In this document: positions 1 to 9,847 of the stretch, piece by piece
Layout: each line of letters starts with the position of its first letter
Position numbering within the stretch: the stretch's first letter is position 1
Source: Candidatus Latescibacterota bacterium
GTDB lineage: Bacteria > Latescibacterota > UBA2968 > GCA-2709665
Length of the DNA: 64,000 bases
Direction of reading: 5' to 3'
Assembly: GCA_965222075.1 (NCBI GenBank)
Contig: OZ244937.1
Location: forward strand, 4,544,001-4,608,000
Made by a program: the position numbers and the translations under genes
Notes under the pieces: generated by a model
What the model saw: the letters and a program-made list of their open reading frames with translations, nothing else
Databases searched by the model: none
What the model was told of the DNA's origin: nothing

Positions 1-426
1 TCCGTTCTGGCCGATCTGCCGGCAGACCTTTCGGTCCTCCGCGAATATCGCGTGGGCCTCCCGCAGGAGGCATTCCCGGATCGCTTTGGGGAGACTTCCG
101 GCAGAACCGTCCAGGACGTTCTCCATCCGGGTGAGGGCCCAGAAGAGATTGACGGCCGTGGGACGCGTGTGGGAGAGCCGGTTGATGGCTGCCCTTACCC
201 CGGCGTCGGTATCCTCCCCTGCGGCGATGGCTTGCTGAGCGCCGACGACAACGCCGTAGGCGGCCGCAACGCCAATAGCAGGCGCGCCCCGGACCCTGAG
301 GCTTTCGATAGCCTCGGCAACGGTTTCCACGTCTTTGCATTCGATGTAGACCAGCCTCTCCGGGAGTTGGGTCTGGTCGATGAGCCGGAGGGCGTTGTTT
401 TCCCAGGTGAGGGTTGTAACGGGCAT
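1..426 (-). CDS. mtnA: S-methyl-5-thioribose-1-phosphate isomerase (partial, runs off the window start)
   Basis: Manual translation from ATG at 426: MPVTTLTWENNALRLIDQTQLP...LRVRGAPAIGVAAAYG...TRPTAVNLFWAL. These are the MtnA/eIF2B-family motifs. Not in the ORF track because it is truncated. Confidence 0.92.
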   Translation of the reverse strand, partial: MPVTTLTWENNALRLIDQTQLPERLVYIECKDVETVAEAIESLRVRGAPAIGVAAAYGVVVGAQQAIAAGEDTDAGVRAAINRLSHTRPTAVNLFWALTRMENVLDGSAGSLPKAIRECLLREAHAIFAEDRKVCRQIGQNG

Positions 427-480
427 GGGACCTCAACAGATTTCGGATTTAAACGCTTCATTCCGAAATCCGAAATGGAC

Positions 481-855
481 TCAGAGGGTTTCTACCAGAG
501 GGGCGTTCTCTTCGATCTGTTCTGCAGGGGCGTCTCCCCAGAGGCGTTCGAGGCCATAAAAGACCCGTGCCTCGGGTTGGAAGATGTGTACGACCACGTC
601 AACGAAGTCAAACAGAATCCACGACCAAGCCTCGTAGCCTTCGATGTGCCAGGGGCGGTGGCCCACCTCTTTGGTCCCTTCCAGGACCGCATCGGCAAGG
701 GCCTTGACATGGATATCGGAAGTTCCTGTACAGATGAGGAAGTAGTCCGTGAAATCGGCGATATCATGGAGGTCGAGTACCAGAATATCCTCCGCTTTTT
801 TGGACTGGAGAAGCTCAATACAGCGGTCGAGGAGCTGGCGGGTCTCGTCGGACAC
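481..855 (-). CDS. rsfS: Ribosome silencing factor
   Basis: KKAEDILVLDL, TDYFLICTGTS, WILFDFVDVVVHIF, FYGLERLWGDA; 124 aa. Confidence 0.95.
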   Translation of the reverse strand: MSDETRQLLDRCIELLQSKKAEDILVLDLHDIADFTDYFLICTGTSDIHVKALADAVLEGTKEVGHRPWHIEGYEAWSWILFDFVDVVVHIFQPEARVFYGLERLWGDAPAEQIEENAPLVETL

Positions 856-921
856 TGGGAAACTCCTTCTGGGCGATTGCGGATTGCGGAGTAGAAGATT
901 TTAAATCCGAAATCTCAACGT

Positions 922-1341
922 TTACCGGGGCAGTGGGAGGTCCAGGCGGGTGTGGTCACGGCCGATGATCACGGTGACTTCTTCGATGCGAAAGGGGTCG
1001 GGGGCGATCTGCTGAATCTGGTTTGGAGTGCCCAGGGCCCTGGCCACTTTTCGGGCATATTCGGGCTTGCCCACGCGGTCGATGACGATGGATTCGGGGT
1101 AATTGAAGCTCTTGGCGTTGTCGAGGGTCATCACGTCGAACCCGAGGGTACGGAGGTGGCGGCCAACACGACGTGCGATGCCGTGTGTGCCACACCCGTT
1201 GAGGACCTCCACATGGATTTCTTTGAACGTTTCGGTTTTCGGGAGAGAGGGCGCAGGGTTTTGGCGCCAGCGACCCGCCAGGCCGATAAACAATGCCAGG
1301 GCGATGAGTGGGCCGAGCAGCCACCAGATCCATCGGGTCAT
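922..1341 (-). CDS. LytR C-terminal domain membrane-anchored protein
   Basis: N-terminal TM segment, then VEVLNGCGTHGIA and VTVIIGRD, typical of LytR_C. ATG at 1341 preferred over GTG at 1377. Confidence 0.8.
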   Translation of the reverse strand: MTRWIWWLLGPLIALALFIGLAGRWRQNPAPSLPKTETFKEIHVEVLNGCGTHGIARRVGRHLRTLGFDVMTLDNAKSFNYPESIVIDRVGKPEYARKVARALGTPNQIQQIAPDPFRIEEVTVIIGRDHTRLDLPLPR

Positions 1342-1435
1342 CGAGGGTACCGAAAAAAACAGAACGGGACACCACACGGTTGAACCGCGTACGTGTCCCG
1401 TTTCGTTTAAAGCGTTTGTCGATCAGACGCCAGGG

Positions 1436-1915
1436 TCAATACGGGTAGCCCCCCCAATAGCCGTAATAAGACGGGGTGTTGCTGAACTGGATTTCAATCT
1501 GGATGTTGGGCTTGGGCCGGTAGAGCGCCCTCAGGTAGGGTACAACGATTTTCACGTTGCCTCCTCTGCCGGATGGTCCGATGGCCGTAGAGCCGTAGAG
1601 GTTGTGCTGAATCCCGACCTGAGCCTGGATGATCAGGGGGTTGGCGGCCTTGTAGGTGATGGTGTTGAGGTAGTACTGATTGAGGCCTCCACGGGCGCCG
1701 GAAGTAAAACTGACGCCCACCCTGTTCTGGAAGGAGAACCGGCTGGGATCGAGCAGGCCCTTGAATTTGGACGTTTGTTTAAGGCCCAAGGGGTTCTCTC
1801 TTACGGACATCAAGCTGGAGGAGTCCACCATTTTGGGGGTAACGCCTACGCCCGCTTCTGCCAGCGCAACCGACAGAAAAACCGCTGTCAGCGCAAGAAT
1901 GGAGGATTTGAACAT
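1436..1915 (-). CDS. Hypothetical secreted, beta-rich protein
   Basis: Signal peptide MFKSSILALTAVFLSVALAEA; has its own sigma70-like promoter upstream. Confidence 0.7.
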   Translation of the reverse strand: MFKSSILALTAVFLSVALAEAGVGVTPKMVDSSSLMSVRENPLGLKQTSKFKGLLDPSRFSFQNRVGVSFTSGARGGLNQYYLNTITYKAANPLIIQAQVGIQHNLYGSTAIGPSGRGGNVKIVVPYLRALYRPKPNIQIEIQFSNTPSYYGYWGGYPY

Positions 1916-1969
1916 TGTTGAACCCTTTCTTCCGGCTGAGAGGTTCGAGTCGAGTAGATGCTAAAATAT

Positions 1970-1998
1970 AAAATACAACAATTTGGATGCGTTGTCAA
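1970..1998 (-). promoter_or_regulatory. Sigma70-type promoter (TTGACA-17-TATTTT)
   Basis: On the minus strand, TTGACA at 1998-1993, a 17-nt spacer, and TATTTT at 1975-1970. Confidence 0.55.
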
Positions 1999-2152
1999 GG
2001 GGCTTCACACTTTAAAGTTATACCAAAGTAAGGACCAATACGATATTTGACAACCCGAACTTTAATTTTGACGCTTGAAGGGGGGCGGGGGTTCCAGGCG
2101 GGGAAATGAAAAATGGGAAAAAACCGTAGAGGCAATCCTTGTGATCGCCCGA

Positions 2153-3280
2153 CTACTCTGCATTTTCCATCATTTTGATGAATTTCTCAAAGAGGTACTC
2201 CGCATCGTGGGGACCGGCGGAGGCTTCGGGGTGGTACTGTACGCCGAAGGCGGGGAGTTCCCGGTGGCGCAAGCCCTCAAGGGTGTTGTCGTTCAGGTTG
2301 ATGTGGGTTGTTTCCACGATATCCGGGTCGAGCGTCTCCAGGTCTAAGGCGAACCCGTGGTTCTGGGTCGTGATCTCCACTTTCCCGGTTGAAAGCTGCT
2401 TCACGGGCTGGTTGGCGCCCCGGTGGCCGAATTTCAGCTTGTAGATTTGGCCCCCCAGGGCCAGGCCAAGGAACTCGTAGCCCAGGCAGATGCCGAAGGT
2501 GGGGCGCTGCTGGATCAGTTTGCGGGTATTCTGGATTGCATAGGTCACAGGGTCTGGATCGCCGGGGCCGTTGGAGAGGAAGATGCCGTGGGGGTCGATT
2601 TCCAGGAGTTGTTCGGGGGGCGCATCGGCTGGGAAGACGGTAACGTCACACCCCTGCTGGACGAGGTGGCGCAGGATGTTCTGTTTGATGCCGAAATCGT
2701 ATGCGGCCACCCGAAACCGGGCCTTTCCCTGGAGGCGGTAGGGCTCCCCTTTCGCCAGGTCGTAAAGCCCTTCCGTCCAGTGGTAGGGTTCCTGGCAGGT
2801 GACTTCACGGACGAGGTCCAGGCCGACGAGACCGGGCGAGGCCTGGGCCTTTTTCACCAAGCTGCCGGGGTCGAGGTCTTCGGTGGAGAGGACGCTTTTC
2901 ATCGCGCCCTGGGTGCGGATATGCCGGGTGAGCGCCCGGGTGTCTACGCCTTCGATGCCGGGGATGTTGTGGCGCTTGAGGTAGTCTCCGAGGGATTCGC
3001 CGGAGCGCCAGTTGCTGGGCAGCGGGCAGTATTCTTTGACGACGAAGCCCTCGACCTGAGGGCCTTTGGACTCCACATCGGCGGGGTTGATGCCGTAGTT
3101 GCCGATGAGGGGGTAGGTCATGGTGACGATCTGGCCCTTGTAGGAGGGGTCGGTGAGGATTTCCTGGTAGCCGGTGATGCTGGTGTTGAAGACGATTTCG
3201 CCGGTGCGTTCTCCGGGGGCGCCGAAAGACTCGCCTGCGAAGATGGTACCGTCTTCCAGAGCGAGTAGGGCTTTTATCAC
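2153..3280 (-). CDS. carA: Carbamoyl-phosphate synthase small subunit
   Basis: [47 protein letters not shown]. Confidence 0.97.
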   Translation of the reverse strand: MIKALLALEDGTIFAGESFGAPGERTGEIVFNTSITGYQEILTDPSYKGQIVTMTYPLIGNYGINPADVESKGPQVEGFVVKEYCPLPSNWRSGESLGDYLKRHNIPGIEGVDTRALTRHIRTQGAMKSVLSTEDLDPGSLVKKAQASPGLVGLDLVREVTCQEPYHWTEGLYDLAKGEPYRLQGKARFRVAAYDFGIKQNILRHLVQQGCDVTVFPADAPPEQLLEIDPHGIFLSNGPGDPDPVTYAIQNTRKLIQQRPTFGICLGYEFLGLALGGQIYKLKFGHRGANQPVKQLSTGKVEITTQNHGFALDLETLDPDIVETTHINLNDNTLEGLRHRELPAFGVQYHPEASAGPHDAEYLFEKFIKMMENAE

Positions 3281-3303
3281 GCGAATTACTCCTTAGAAGC
3301 TTC

Positions 3304-4596
3304 TTACAATCGGTGGGTGATACGTCCTTCCAGGACCGTGAGGCCCGCCCTGCCCTTCAGGGTCCAGCCGTGAAAGGGGGTGTTTCGGGACCTGGAGTGG
3401 AAGGCCTGCGCGTTTACCGTCCAGGCCTGCGACGGGTTGATGACGGTGACGTCCGCACGGGCGCCGGGGGAGAGGGTGCCGCCCTTGATGCCCAGGATGC
3501 GGGCCGGGACGGTTGTGAGTTTGGCAATAGCGCCGGAGACGGAGAGGACGCCGGGTTCGACCAGGCGCGTGAAGATGAGTCCGACGGCGGTTTCAAGGCC
3601 AAGAATGCCGTTGGGGGCCTGGGTAAAGGTCCGGAGTTTTTCCTGCGTGGTGTGGGGCGCATGGTCGGTGGCCAGGGCGTCGATTGTGCCATCGGCCAGG
3701 CCCTCCAGCACGGCTTCCCGGTCGTTGGCCGAGCGCAGGGGAGGGCTCATTTTGCCGGCGGCGCCGTAGACGGACACATCCTCGTCGGTGAGGGTGAAGT
3801 GGTGGGGAGAGGCCTCGCAGGTGACGGCGAGACCCTCGGCCTTGGCCTTCCGGACGAGGTCGATTGCGCGGCGGACGCTGGTGTGGAGGATGTGGAGGCA
3901 GCCGCCGACTTCGCGGACGAGGTTGATATCCCGTTCGACCATGGCCGCTTCGCCTTCGGCGGGCATGCCTTTGATGCCGAGTTTTCGGGAGATGGCGCCC
4001 TCGTGCATGTGACCACCGCGGGTGAGGTCGAAGACTTCAGAATGGGGGCAGACGGGGAATCCGTGTTTTTCCGACCGCCGGAGGAGTTCGCGCATGATGT
4101 CTTCGGATTCTATGGGGAGGCCATCGTCGGAGAAGCCCACGGCACCGGCGTTGAGGAGGGCCTGAGTGTCGGCGATCTCCCGGCCTGCCATCTTTACGGT
4201 GGCGCAGGCGATGGGGTAGACCCGGGCGTCGGCGTCGGCGGCTCTGTCGAGGATGTACCGGACAACCTCGGGCGCGTCGGTGGGTGGATGGGTGTTGGGC
4301 AGGCAGGCCACGGCTGTGAACCCGCCGGCCGCGGCGGCCTGACAGCCGGTTTGAACGGTTTCTTTCTCGGGGAACCCCGGGTCCCGGAAGTGGACGTGCA
4401 TGTCGATGAGGCCGGGGACGACGAGGTTGCCCGCGACGCGGATGGTCTCTGTACCTGGAGGTGGATCAATTCGGCTTTCGATTTGGGCGATACGGCCGTC
4501 CCGGATCAGCAGATCGGCCGGTCTGTCCAGGGCGTTGGCCGGGTCGATGACGCGGCCGTTCTGGAGGAGGAGCATGGAGGTGGAGGGCGCGGTCAT
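3304..4596 (-). CDS. pyrC: Dihydroorotase (type I)
   Basis: PGLIDMHVHFRDPG, AAAAGGFT, KMSPPLRS, ATDHAPH. Start is ATG 4596 or 4575; the ORF-track extension to 5505 is spurious. Confidence 0.95.
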   Translation of the reverse strand: MTAPSTSMLLLQNGRVIDPANALDRPADLLIRDGRIAQIESRIDPPPGTETIRVAGNLVVPGLIDMHVHFRDPGFPEKETVQTGCQAAAAGGFTAVACLPNTHPPTDAPEVVRYILDRAADADARVYPIACATVKMAGREIADTQALLNAGAVGFSDDGLPIESEDIMRELLRRSEKHGFPVCPHSEVFDLTRGGHMHEGAISRKLGIKGMPAEGEAAMVERDINLVREVGGCLHILHTSVRRAIDLVRKAKAEGLAVTCEASPHHFTLTDEDVSVYGAAGKMSPPLRSANDREAVLEGLADGTIDALATDHAPHTTQEKLRTFTQAPNGILGLETAVGLIFTRLVEPGVLSVSGAIAKLTTVPARILGIKGGTLSPGARADVTVINPSQAWTVNAQAFHSRSRNTPFHGWTLKGRAGLTVLEGRITHRL

Positions 4597-4639
4597 TGAG
4601 ATATTTGAGGTGCAAGGTGGGTGTAAAAGATCGGGGAGA

Positions 4640-4668
4640 AAGTTACCGATGGAGGGGGGGGCTGTCAA
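4640..4668 (-). promoter_or_regulatory. Sigma70-type promoter for pyrC-carA (TTGACA-17-TAACTT)
   Basis: TTGACA at 4668-4663, a 17-nt spacer, and TAACTT at 4645-4640. Confidence 0.5.
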
Positions 4669-4779
4669 GGGGATTCCATTGGAAAAGGCAGGATCGGATG
4701 TAAGTGACTTGCTCTTTTGTTGGATCGGCTGTATCTTTGCAGAGATTGTGCGCCCAAAACCAGATACAGGGGGGTTATC

Positions 4780-5910
4780 ATGTTGGAATTTCCGATGATG
4801 CTGGTTCTTGTTGCGGGTTTGCTCTGTTCCTCCGGTTGGGCTGTTGCATCGGAGAGGGCCGATCCAAACGCATTTTATCGTCAGTTGCCCGGAGCGGAGG
4901 AGCTGAAAGTGTCTGTCGAGGAGGATGAGGTGTTTCTGGAGGAGGTGCTGCGGAGCATTTTCCCTGACGGAACCGAGGGGTTGACGGATGAGCAGAAGGG
5001 GATTGCGATTTTGCGGTATGCGTCCACGGCGATGAAGCTGAAGAATAACGGGGGGACCGCAACAAAGATTATCAAGGAGGGGTATGCGATCTGCGGCGGG
5101 CTCTCGCATGTACATCGGACTCTTTGCCGGAAGGTCGGGCTGCCCGCCCGGTATATCGGCGCGTTTAACCTGCGCCCGCTGATGGGCAGCCATGCGATCA
5201 GTGAGGTGTATTACGATGGAAAGTGGCATTTGCTGGATCCGACGTTTGGTCTCTTTTTTTATTCCAAGGGGCAATACGATGGCACAGGAGAGATCGCGTC
5301 CTTTCACGATCTGGTACTGGCGCCGGAGAAGTGGACGGCGTTCAAGGTGGTGGAGAAGCCCTGGATTGGCCGGTACGACGATGCGGTGCGAGCGCTGGGG
5401 GTACAGGTGGTGGAGGCGGATTATTTGAAGGATGTGTACGGCACGCCAATTTTGGATCTGTATCGGAAGTATGCGGCGGAGACATTTCCGATTGCTTTTG
5501 GACACCGGGATCCGGTCTCGTATCCGGTGGATGCGGATCTGAGGGAACAGGTAGAGATGTGGGTTGGTGAGGTGGATGAGAATTCAAGAGATGTGTTGAC
5601 GAAGGTGTCGAACGGGTCGGTTTATGTGGGAAGCCACTATCTGGGCGGGTCGTATCCACCGGGATTTCATACGTGGTCGATCAAGACGCCAGGGCAGTGT
5701 CGTTTGCAGATTGTCTATCATAGTACGACGGACGATCCGCCCGAGCTGACGCCGGCCCCGTTGAAGGCGCTGCGAATCGTGGCGATTCGCAGCGAGGGCA
5801 GGCAGGTCGTTCTCGACCTTCAGGCGATCGGGCCGGAGGCGATTGTGTCCGTTTATTGCCCGAAGGGCACGTTTGCTGTGGATGCGCTTCGGGTGGTGCG
5901 GTTACCATAA
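4780..5910 (+). CDS. Secreted transglutaminase-like domain protein
   Basis: Signal peptide. Cys-His-Asp triad motifs ICGGLS...GLPARY...SHAISEVYYDGKWHLLDPT. Confidence 0.8.
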   Translation: MLEFPMMLVLVAGLLCSSGWAVASERADPNAFYRQLPGAEELKVSVEEDEVFLEEVLRSIFPDGTEGLTDEQKGIAILRYASTAMKLKNNGGTATKIIKEGYAICGGLSHVHRTLCRKVGLPARYIGAFNLRPLMGSHAISEVYYDGKWHLLDPTFGLFFYSKGQYDGTGEIASFHDLVLAPEKWTAFKVVEKPWIGRYDDAVRALGVQVVEADYLKDVYGTPILDLYRKYAAETFPIAFGHRDPVSYPVDADLREQVEMWVGEVDENSRDVLTKVSNGSVYVGSHYLGGSYPPGFHTWSIKTPGQCRLQIVYHSTTDDPPELTPAPLKALRIVAIRSEGRQVVLDLQAIGPEAIVSVYCPKGTFAVDALRVVRLP

Positions 5911-5994
5911 ATGGATTTAACCGGGGAGGTGCGACGTGCCGGAGTATGAACGCAGGCGATATCTAAATTGGCGATCCCCAACTATTGGAGTTCG

Positions 5995-8493
5995 ATGATG
6001 TTTCAAATCTTACGGGAAGCACATCCCCGGCTGTATCATCCGGCCGACGATCCGGACTACCGATTTGCGCCGCCGAAGGATGCGGTGCGTCAACGAATTT
6101 TGAAGAATGTGCTCGCGGATTGCGAGATTTTTTATTCCCAGCGACCGTGGAAACGGATTCCCGAGCGGCCGGACAGCCCGCACCCGTACCACCAGCTTTA
6201 CCTGACGTTTTATACAGGGATGCAGGCCACGGCGCTGATCGAACACTACGCGTTCGCCTGGCGCATCACCGGGGATGCGCGCTGGCTGAGGCGGGCAAAG
6301 GCCTGGCTGCTGGCGGCCTCGGGGTGGGAACACAGCGACCGGGTTGAAGAACATTTTTATACGGCGAACCGGTACATGCAGGCGTTCGCCGTAGGACTGG
6401 ACCTGATGGCGGGGGAACTTTCTGCGTCTGAAGAGGATCGTGTAACGGATTGCCTGATCGGGCTGATGAAGCGGTGGTGGCCCGATGTGGAGGCAAACCG
6501 GCACTCCCCGGATGGACGCCACCACGCGGTAGTGGACAACGGGCACTTCGGGGTGGCGGCGCTCCACCTGCTGGGCAAGTGTTCGGACGCACCGGCCTGG
6601 GTCGAGGCGGTGATCGACCGGTTTCGGAGCGGGGTGATGCCCAACGGCTGCGGGAAGGACGGGGAACCGGGAGACGGGCCGACGTTTTGGCCGTGGGAGA
6701 ACCTGTGGATGCTGCAGTTTGCGGATGCGCTGCGGAATGTGACGGGGGTGGATCTCTATAAGGAATTCCCGAAACGGCTGGAGCGGCCGCTGAAGTGGTT
6801 GCGCTACCACCTTGCGGCCCCGGAGGTGATCGAGGATTGCCTGTATTATCCGGACAACGCGAACCTGCTTTCAGGCAGCCAGCTTGATGCGTGTTCGCCA
6901 ACGCTGCTGAGGCTGTCGCAGGAGGCTGGCGACGGAGACCTGCGGGACACGGCATTGAAAGACCCCAGGCTGGGCCGATTCTACCGGTTCGGGATGGGTG
7001 TAAAGGGTTCGACCGCGGAGTGCATGATCGCTTACGGGCCGTATGTTTACTGCTATTATGACCTGGATTTTGAACCGTCCGGCCCCCGGGTTTCGCTGCC
7101 GCTGTCCCGGAAGTTCACGAAGGCGTATTACGGGGAAACGGCGCTTCTGCGCAGTTCCTGGGATGCCCGCTCGGTGATTGTCTGTATTAGCGGGTATAAA
7201 GGGGGAGGCGCGCACGGGTTCAGCAATTTGCACGTGCAGTGGGAAGGACAGCCGGTGCTGAAGACCATTTCGGCGGAAGAGGCGCAGCCGGTGGCGTGCG
7301 GCAGCCTGCCGTGCGTGGGAGGACAAAACGAGGTCGTGGCGTTTACGGGACGGCTGGAGGCCGGGGACGGGTTCGACCGGCTGGATGTGCGTTCGGTCCG
7401 GACCGAGCATGAGTACTGGCTGTTGCACGGGGAGCCGCCGGTGCTGCTGGTGGCGCTGAGGCGAAGGCCCCGGGGTGTGAAGGCGCTGCGGGAGGACGGA
7501 ACGCCGTTTGTCCGGCTGAACGGGCGGGATTGTTTGCAGTACGAGCGGAAGCCGTATTTCAACCCGCGCGCGGGCGAGCTTCGGATGCGTTTCCGGTTGA
7601 ATGCGGAGATCGACAGGAACCGACCGCAGGTGCTATTTAATACAGGAATCGGGGGCGCGGGGGGGATGGGTACCCGGGTGAACACGTTCAATCTGGGGTT
7701 CCTGAAGGACGGCGTGCTGGCGTTTTGTGTACACAGCCAGCGTAACACGGCGGTTCAGGTGGAGGCGCTGCCGGTGGTGATCAAGCCGGGGATGTGGCAC
7801 GATGTGGCGGTGCGGTGGGGCGGGTTCAATCGGCCCGGGGACTGGCCGTTTATCGAGATTGAGCTGGACGGGCGCCGGGAACGGTGTGACAACCGGGCAG
7901 CTTTCGGCGAACTGGGTCTGGACTCCCAGAATCTGAAATCGCGTACGACACCCCGGACGTTTTATGTCAAATCGAATACGCTGCTGGCGTTTGGGGGCGG
8001 GATTCAGATGGTGGACACGGGGACGAGATGCGATATTTCCCACATCGACCTGAAATGCCCGGGGCGCAGGCGGCTGGCGCTTGATTTTGAAGACGGCCTC
8101 GGGGATGAAACGGGAAACGGGCCGCTGGCCTGGAAGCTCAATCCGGTTGATCTCAAGGAAATTAAACGCACACATGCGGTGTTCGGCGCGGGGTGCCGGA
8201 GGGTGGAGGCGCTGCCCGTCTACCCGGACGATATCCGATTTGAGACCGAGGTTGTCCCGTTTGCCCCTTCAGGACTGGCCGCTGCCAGCCTGAAGCGCTT
8301 TATACCGGATGCCGGTAAACCTTCGCCCCGGGTGTTGGCGTCCACGGAAGGGGACGTGCTCATACTGGCCTTTTCGGACCGGCGGGCAAAGGCGAAGGTT
8401 GTTCGTAATGCAGAAGGTTTTTGCATCCAAACCGCAAATTCCCGGTATGAATTCGGGATAAAGGCAAGGTCGAAATCCATTCTCACCTTCTGA
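5995..8493 (+). CDS. Heparinase II/III or alginate-lyase-like alpha/alpha-toroid protein with LamG-like domain
   Basis: AFAWRITGDARWLRRAKAWLLA toroid pattern, ALLRSSWD, and PGMWHDVAVRW (LamG-like). No signal peptide seen. Confidence 0.6.
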   Translation: MMFQILREAHPRLYHPADDPDYRFAPPKDAVRQRILKNVLADCEIFYSQRPWKRIPERPDSPHPYHQLYLTFYTGMQATALIEHYAFAWRITGDARWLRRAKAWLLAASGWEHSDRVEEHFYTANRYMQAFAVGLDLMAGELSASEEDRVTDCLIGLMKRWWPDVEANRHSPDGRHHAVVDNGHFGVAALHLLGKCSDAPAWVEAVIDRFRSGVMPNGCGKDGEPGDGPTFWPWENLWMLQFADALRNVTGVDLYKEFPKRLERPLKWLRYHLAAPEVIEDCLYYPDNANLLSGSQLDACSPTLLRLSQEAGDGDLRDTALKDPRLGRFYRFGMGVKGSTAECMIAYGPYVYCYYDLDFEPSGPRVSLPLSRKFTKAYYGETALLRSSWDARSVIVCISGYKGGGAHGFSNLHVQWEGQPVLKTISAEEAQPVACGSLPCVGGQNEVVAFTGRLEAGDGFDRLDVRSVRTEHEYWLLHGEPPVLLVALRRRPRGVKALREDGTPFVRLNGRDCLQYERKPYFNPRAGELRMRFRLNAEIDRNRPQVLFNTGIGGAGGMGTRVNTFNLGFLKDGVLAFCVHSQRNTAVQVEALPVVIKPGMWHDVAVRWGGFNRPGDWPFIEIELDGRRERCDNRAAFGELGLDSQNLKSRTTPRTFYVKSNTLLAFGGGIQMVDTGTRCDISHIDLKCPGRRRLALDFEDGLGDETGNGPLAWKLNPVDLKEIKRTHAVFGAGCRRVEALPVYPDDIRFETEVVPFAPSGLAAASLKRFIPDAGKPSPRVLASTEGDVLILAFSDRRAKAKVVRNAEGFCIQTANSRYEFGIKARSKSILTF

Positions 8494-9790
8494 TTCCAGC
8501 AGCGACCTTTTTCCCGACCCCTTTGCCGAAGACCTCGAACGGGGGGAGATTGCCGTCGGCTTCGACCCTCAGGGGACGGAGGTCGGTGAGGATCTCCAGG
8601 TCATCCCGCATTTCGGCCATGTCCAGGTAGGCGGCGGAGGCTTCGACTTCGCCCAGGTCGAGGGTGTTTGGAATCCAGAGTACCCTGGCATCGGGCATCT
8701 GGATGAGGCCGATGGATTCAAGGGCGATGTCGAGCACCTCCCGGTCGGTGGGGAAGTGCATGGGCACGGCGGCTACCGAGACGTGCTGGCCGGTAATGCC
8801 GTTGATGTACATGGCGTGGTAGTCGATCTTTTCGACGAGGCGGTCGGTGGTGAATTCGGCAAAGCCGATGCCGATGGCATTGCCGTGGGTCTTTTCGGTG
8901 AGGTCGCGCACGAAGATGCGCAGCACCCGGGGGGTCTCACCGTCCATAGCCCGCCGGTCATTTCGCTTGCGGCCGATGACGTTGGTGTCCAGGCCCGCTC
9001 CGCTGATGTCTTTGCCCATTTCGTCCACGATGAGGAGGTCAACGTCGTCGAAGGGAAGTCTGGGGCACCATGCTTTGGCTTTTATCAGGAGTTCCTTTTC
9101 GGCCGCTTCGAAGTCGGACGCGGGGACCGCCGCGATCTGAGCGGTTTCGTCATAGCCGTTTTCCAGGGTGGCCACGCCAAAAGCAACCGGCATTTTCTCG
9201 CGGACCATTTTGCCCACAATCCGCACGATTTTGTCGAAGGAGTGGTGGATGATGGCCCGGTGGTAGATGGAGGCGCCCTTGTGTTTGCCCAGGCCGATGA
9301 GCATCATTTTCATCAGGCCGCTTTCGATCTCCCCGGTGAAGCCGGTGTGGGGCTTGATCCGGTTGACGACGATGACGTGGTCGGCCTGGGAGGCGTTCTT
9401 GTCGAAGTAGACAGGCATGCCAAAGTCGGTGGCGCCGATCTGAACCACCTCCATGGAAGAGCGCACCGGGGCGCCCATGCTCTCTTGGGTGATGCCGTAA
9501 CCGGCCAGGATGGCCGCCTGCCCCTCGGCGGTGCCCCCCCCGTGGCTGCCCATGGCAGGGACGATGTAGGGCGTAGCGCCGAGGGCCTGCATCTCCTCCA
9601 CGACGGTTTTGACGATGCGGTCCAGGTTGGCCACACCCCGGCTACCGACCGAAATGGCCACGGTGTGGCCGGATTTGATGGTTTCACCGGGATTGAGTTT
9701 CCCGATTTCGCTGCGTACGGCGGCGGGGATGTCCTCTATGCGGGGCGCATCGAAGTGCTGGCGGATGCGGAACATGGTCGGGTATTCCAT
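8483..9790 (-). CDS. LarA-like (lactate racemase domain) protein
   Basis: VAISVGSRGVAN, PAMGSHGGGTAEGQ, NRIKPHT, ESGLMKMMLIGLGK, GKDISGAGLDTNVIGR. Confidence 0.8.
   Translation of the reverse strand: MEYPTMFRIRQHFDAPRIEDIPAAVRSEIGKLNPGETIKSGHTVAISVGSRGVANLDRIVKTVVEEMQALGATPYIVPAMGSHGGGTAEGQAAILAGYGITQESMGAPVRSSMEVVQIGATDFGMPVYFDKNASQADHVIVVNRIKPHTGFTGEIESGLMKMMLIGLGKHKGASIYHRAIIHHSFDKIVRIVGKMVREKMPVAFGVATLENGYDETAQIAAVPASDFEAAEKELLIKAKAWCPRLPFDDVDLLIVDEMGKDISGAGLDTNVIGRKRNDRRAMDGETPRVLRIFVRDLTEKTHGNAIGIGFAEFTTDRLVEKIDYHAMYINGITGQHVSVAAVPMHFPTDREVLDIALESIGLIQMPDARVLWIPNTLDLGEVEASAAYLDMAEMRDDLEILTDLRPLRVEADGNLPPFEVFGKGVGKKVAAGIRR
9666..9725. repeat. 60-bp direct repeat, copy 1 (inside the 5' part of the LarA-like gene)
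   Basis: 57/60 identical to 11863-11922 by manual alignment. Confidence 0.9.
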
Positions 9791-9821
9791 AGAGAGCCTC
9801 CAGAGGCGTGTGATCTATTTA

Positions 9822-9847
9822 CGGCGGACCGACCGGTCCGCCCCTAC
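9822..9847 (-). repeat. GTAG-type REP-like palindrome
   Basis: Minus strand GTAGG-GGCGGACC-ggtc-GGTCCGCC with a perfect 8-bp stem. Its TAG is the stop codon of the ADH gene. Confidence 0.6.

Noticed and set aside
52-894. Long plus-strand ORFs antisense to real genes (e.g. 52-894, 3313-4599, 8756-9862, 18943-20289, 30519-31913, 39632-41038)
   Set aside because: Typical stop-poor shadow frames of GC-rich genes. They have no motifs, and the opposite strand has clear family signatures.
4597-5505. 733-aa ORF suggesting a PyrC fusion with a 300-aa N-terminal domain
   Set aside because: The extension is the antisense shadow of the transglutaminase-like gene and crosses a promoter. Dihydroorotase similarity starts near 4596.
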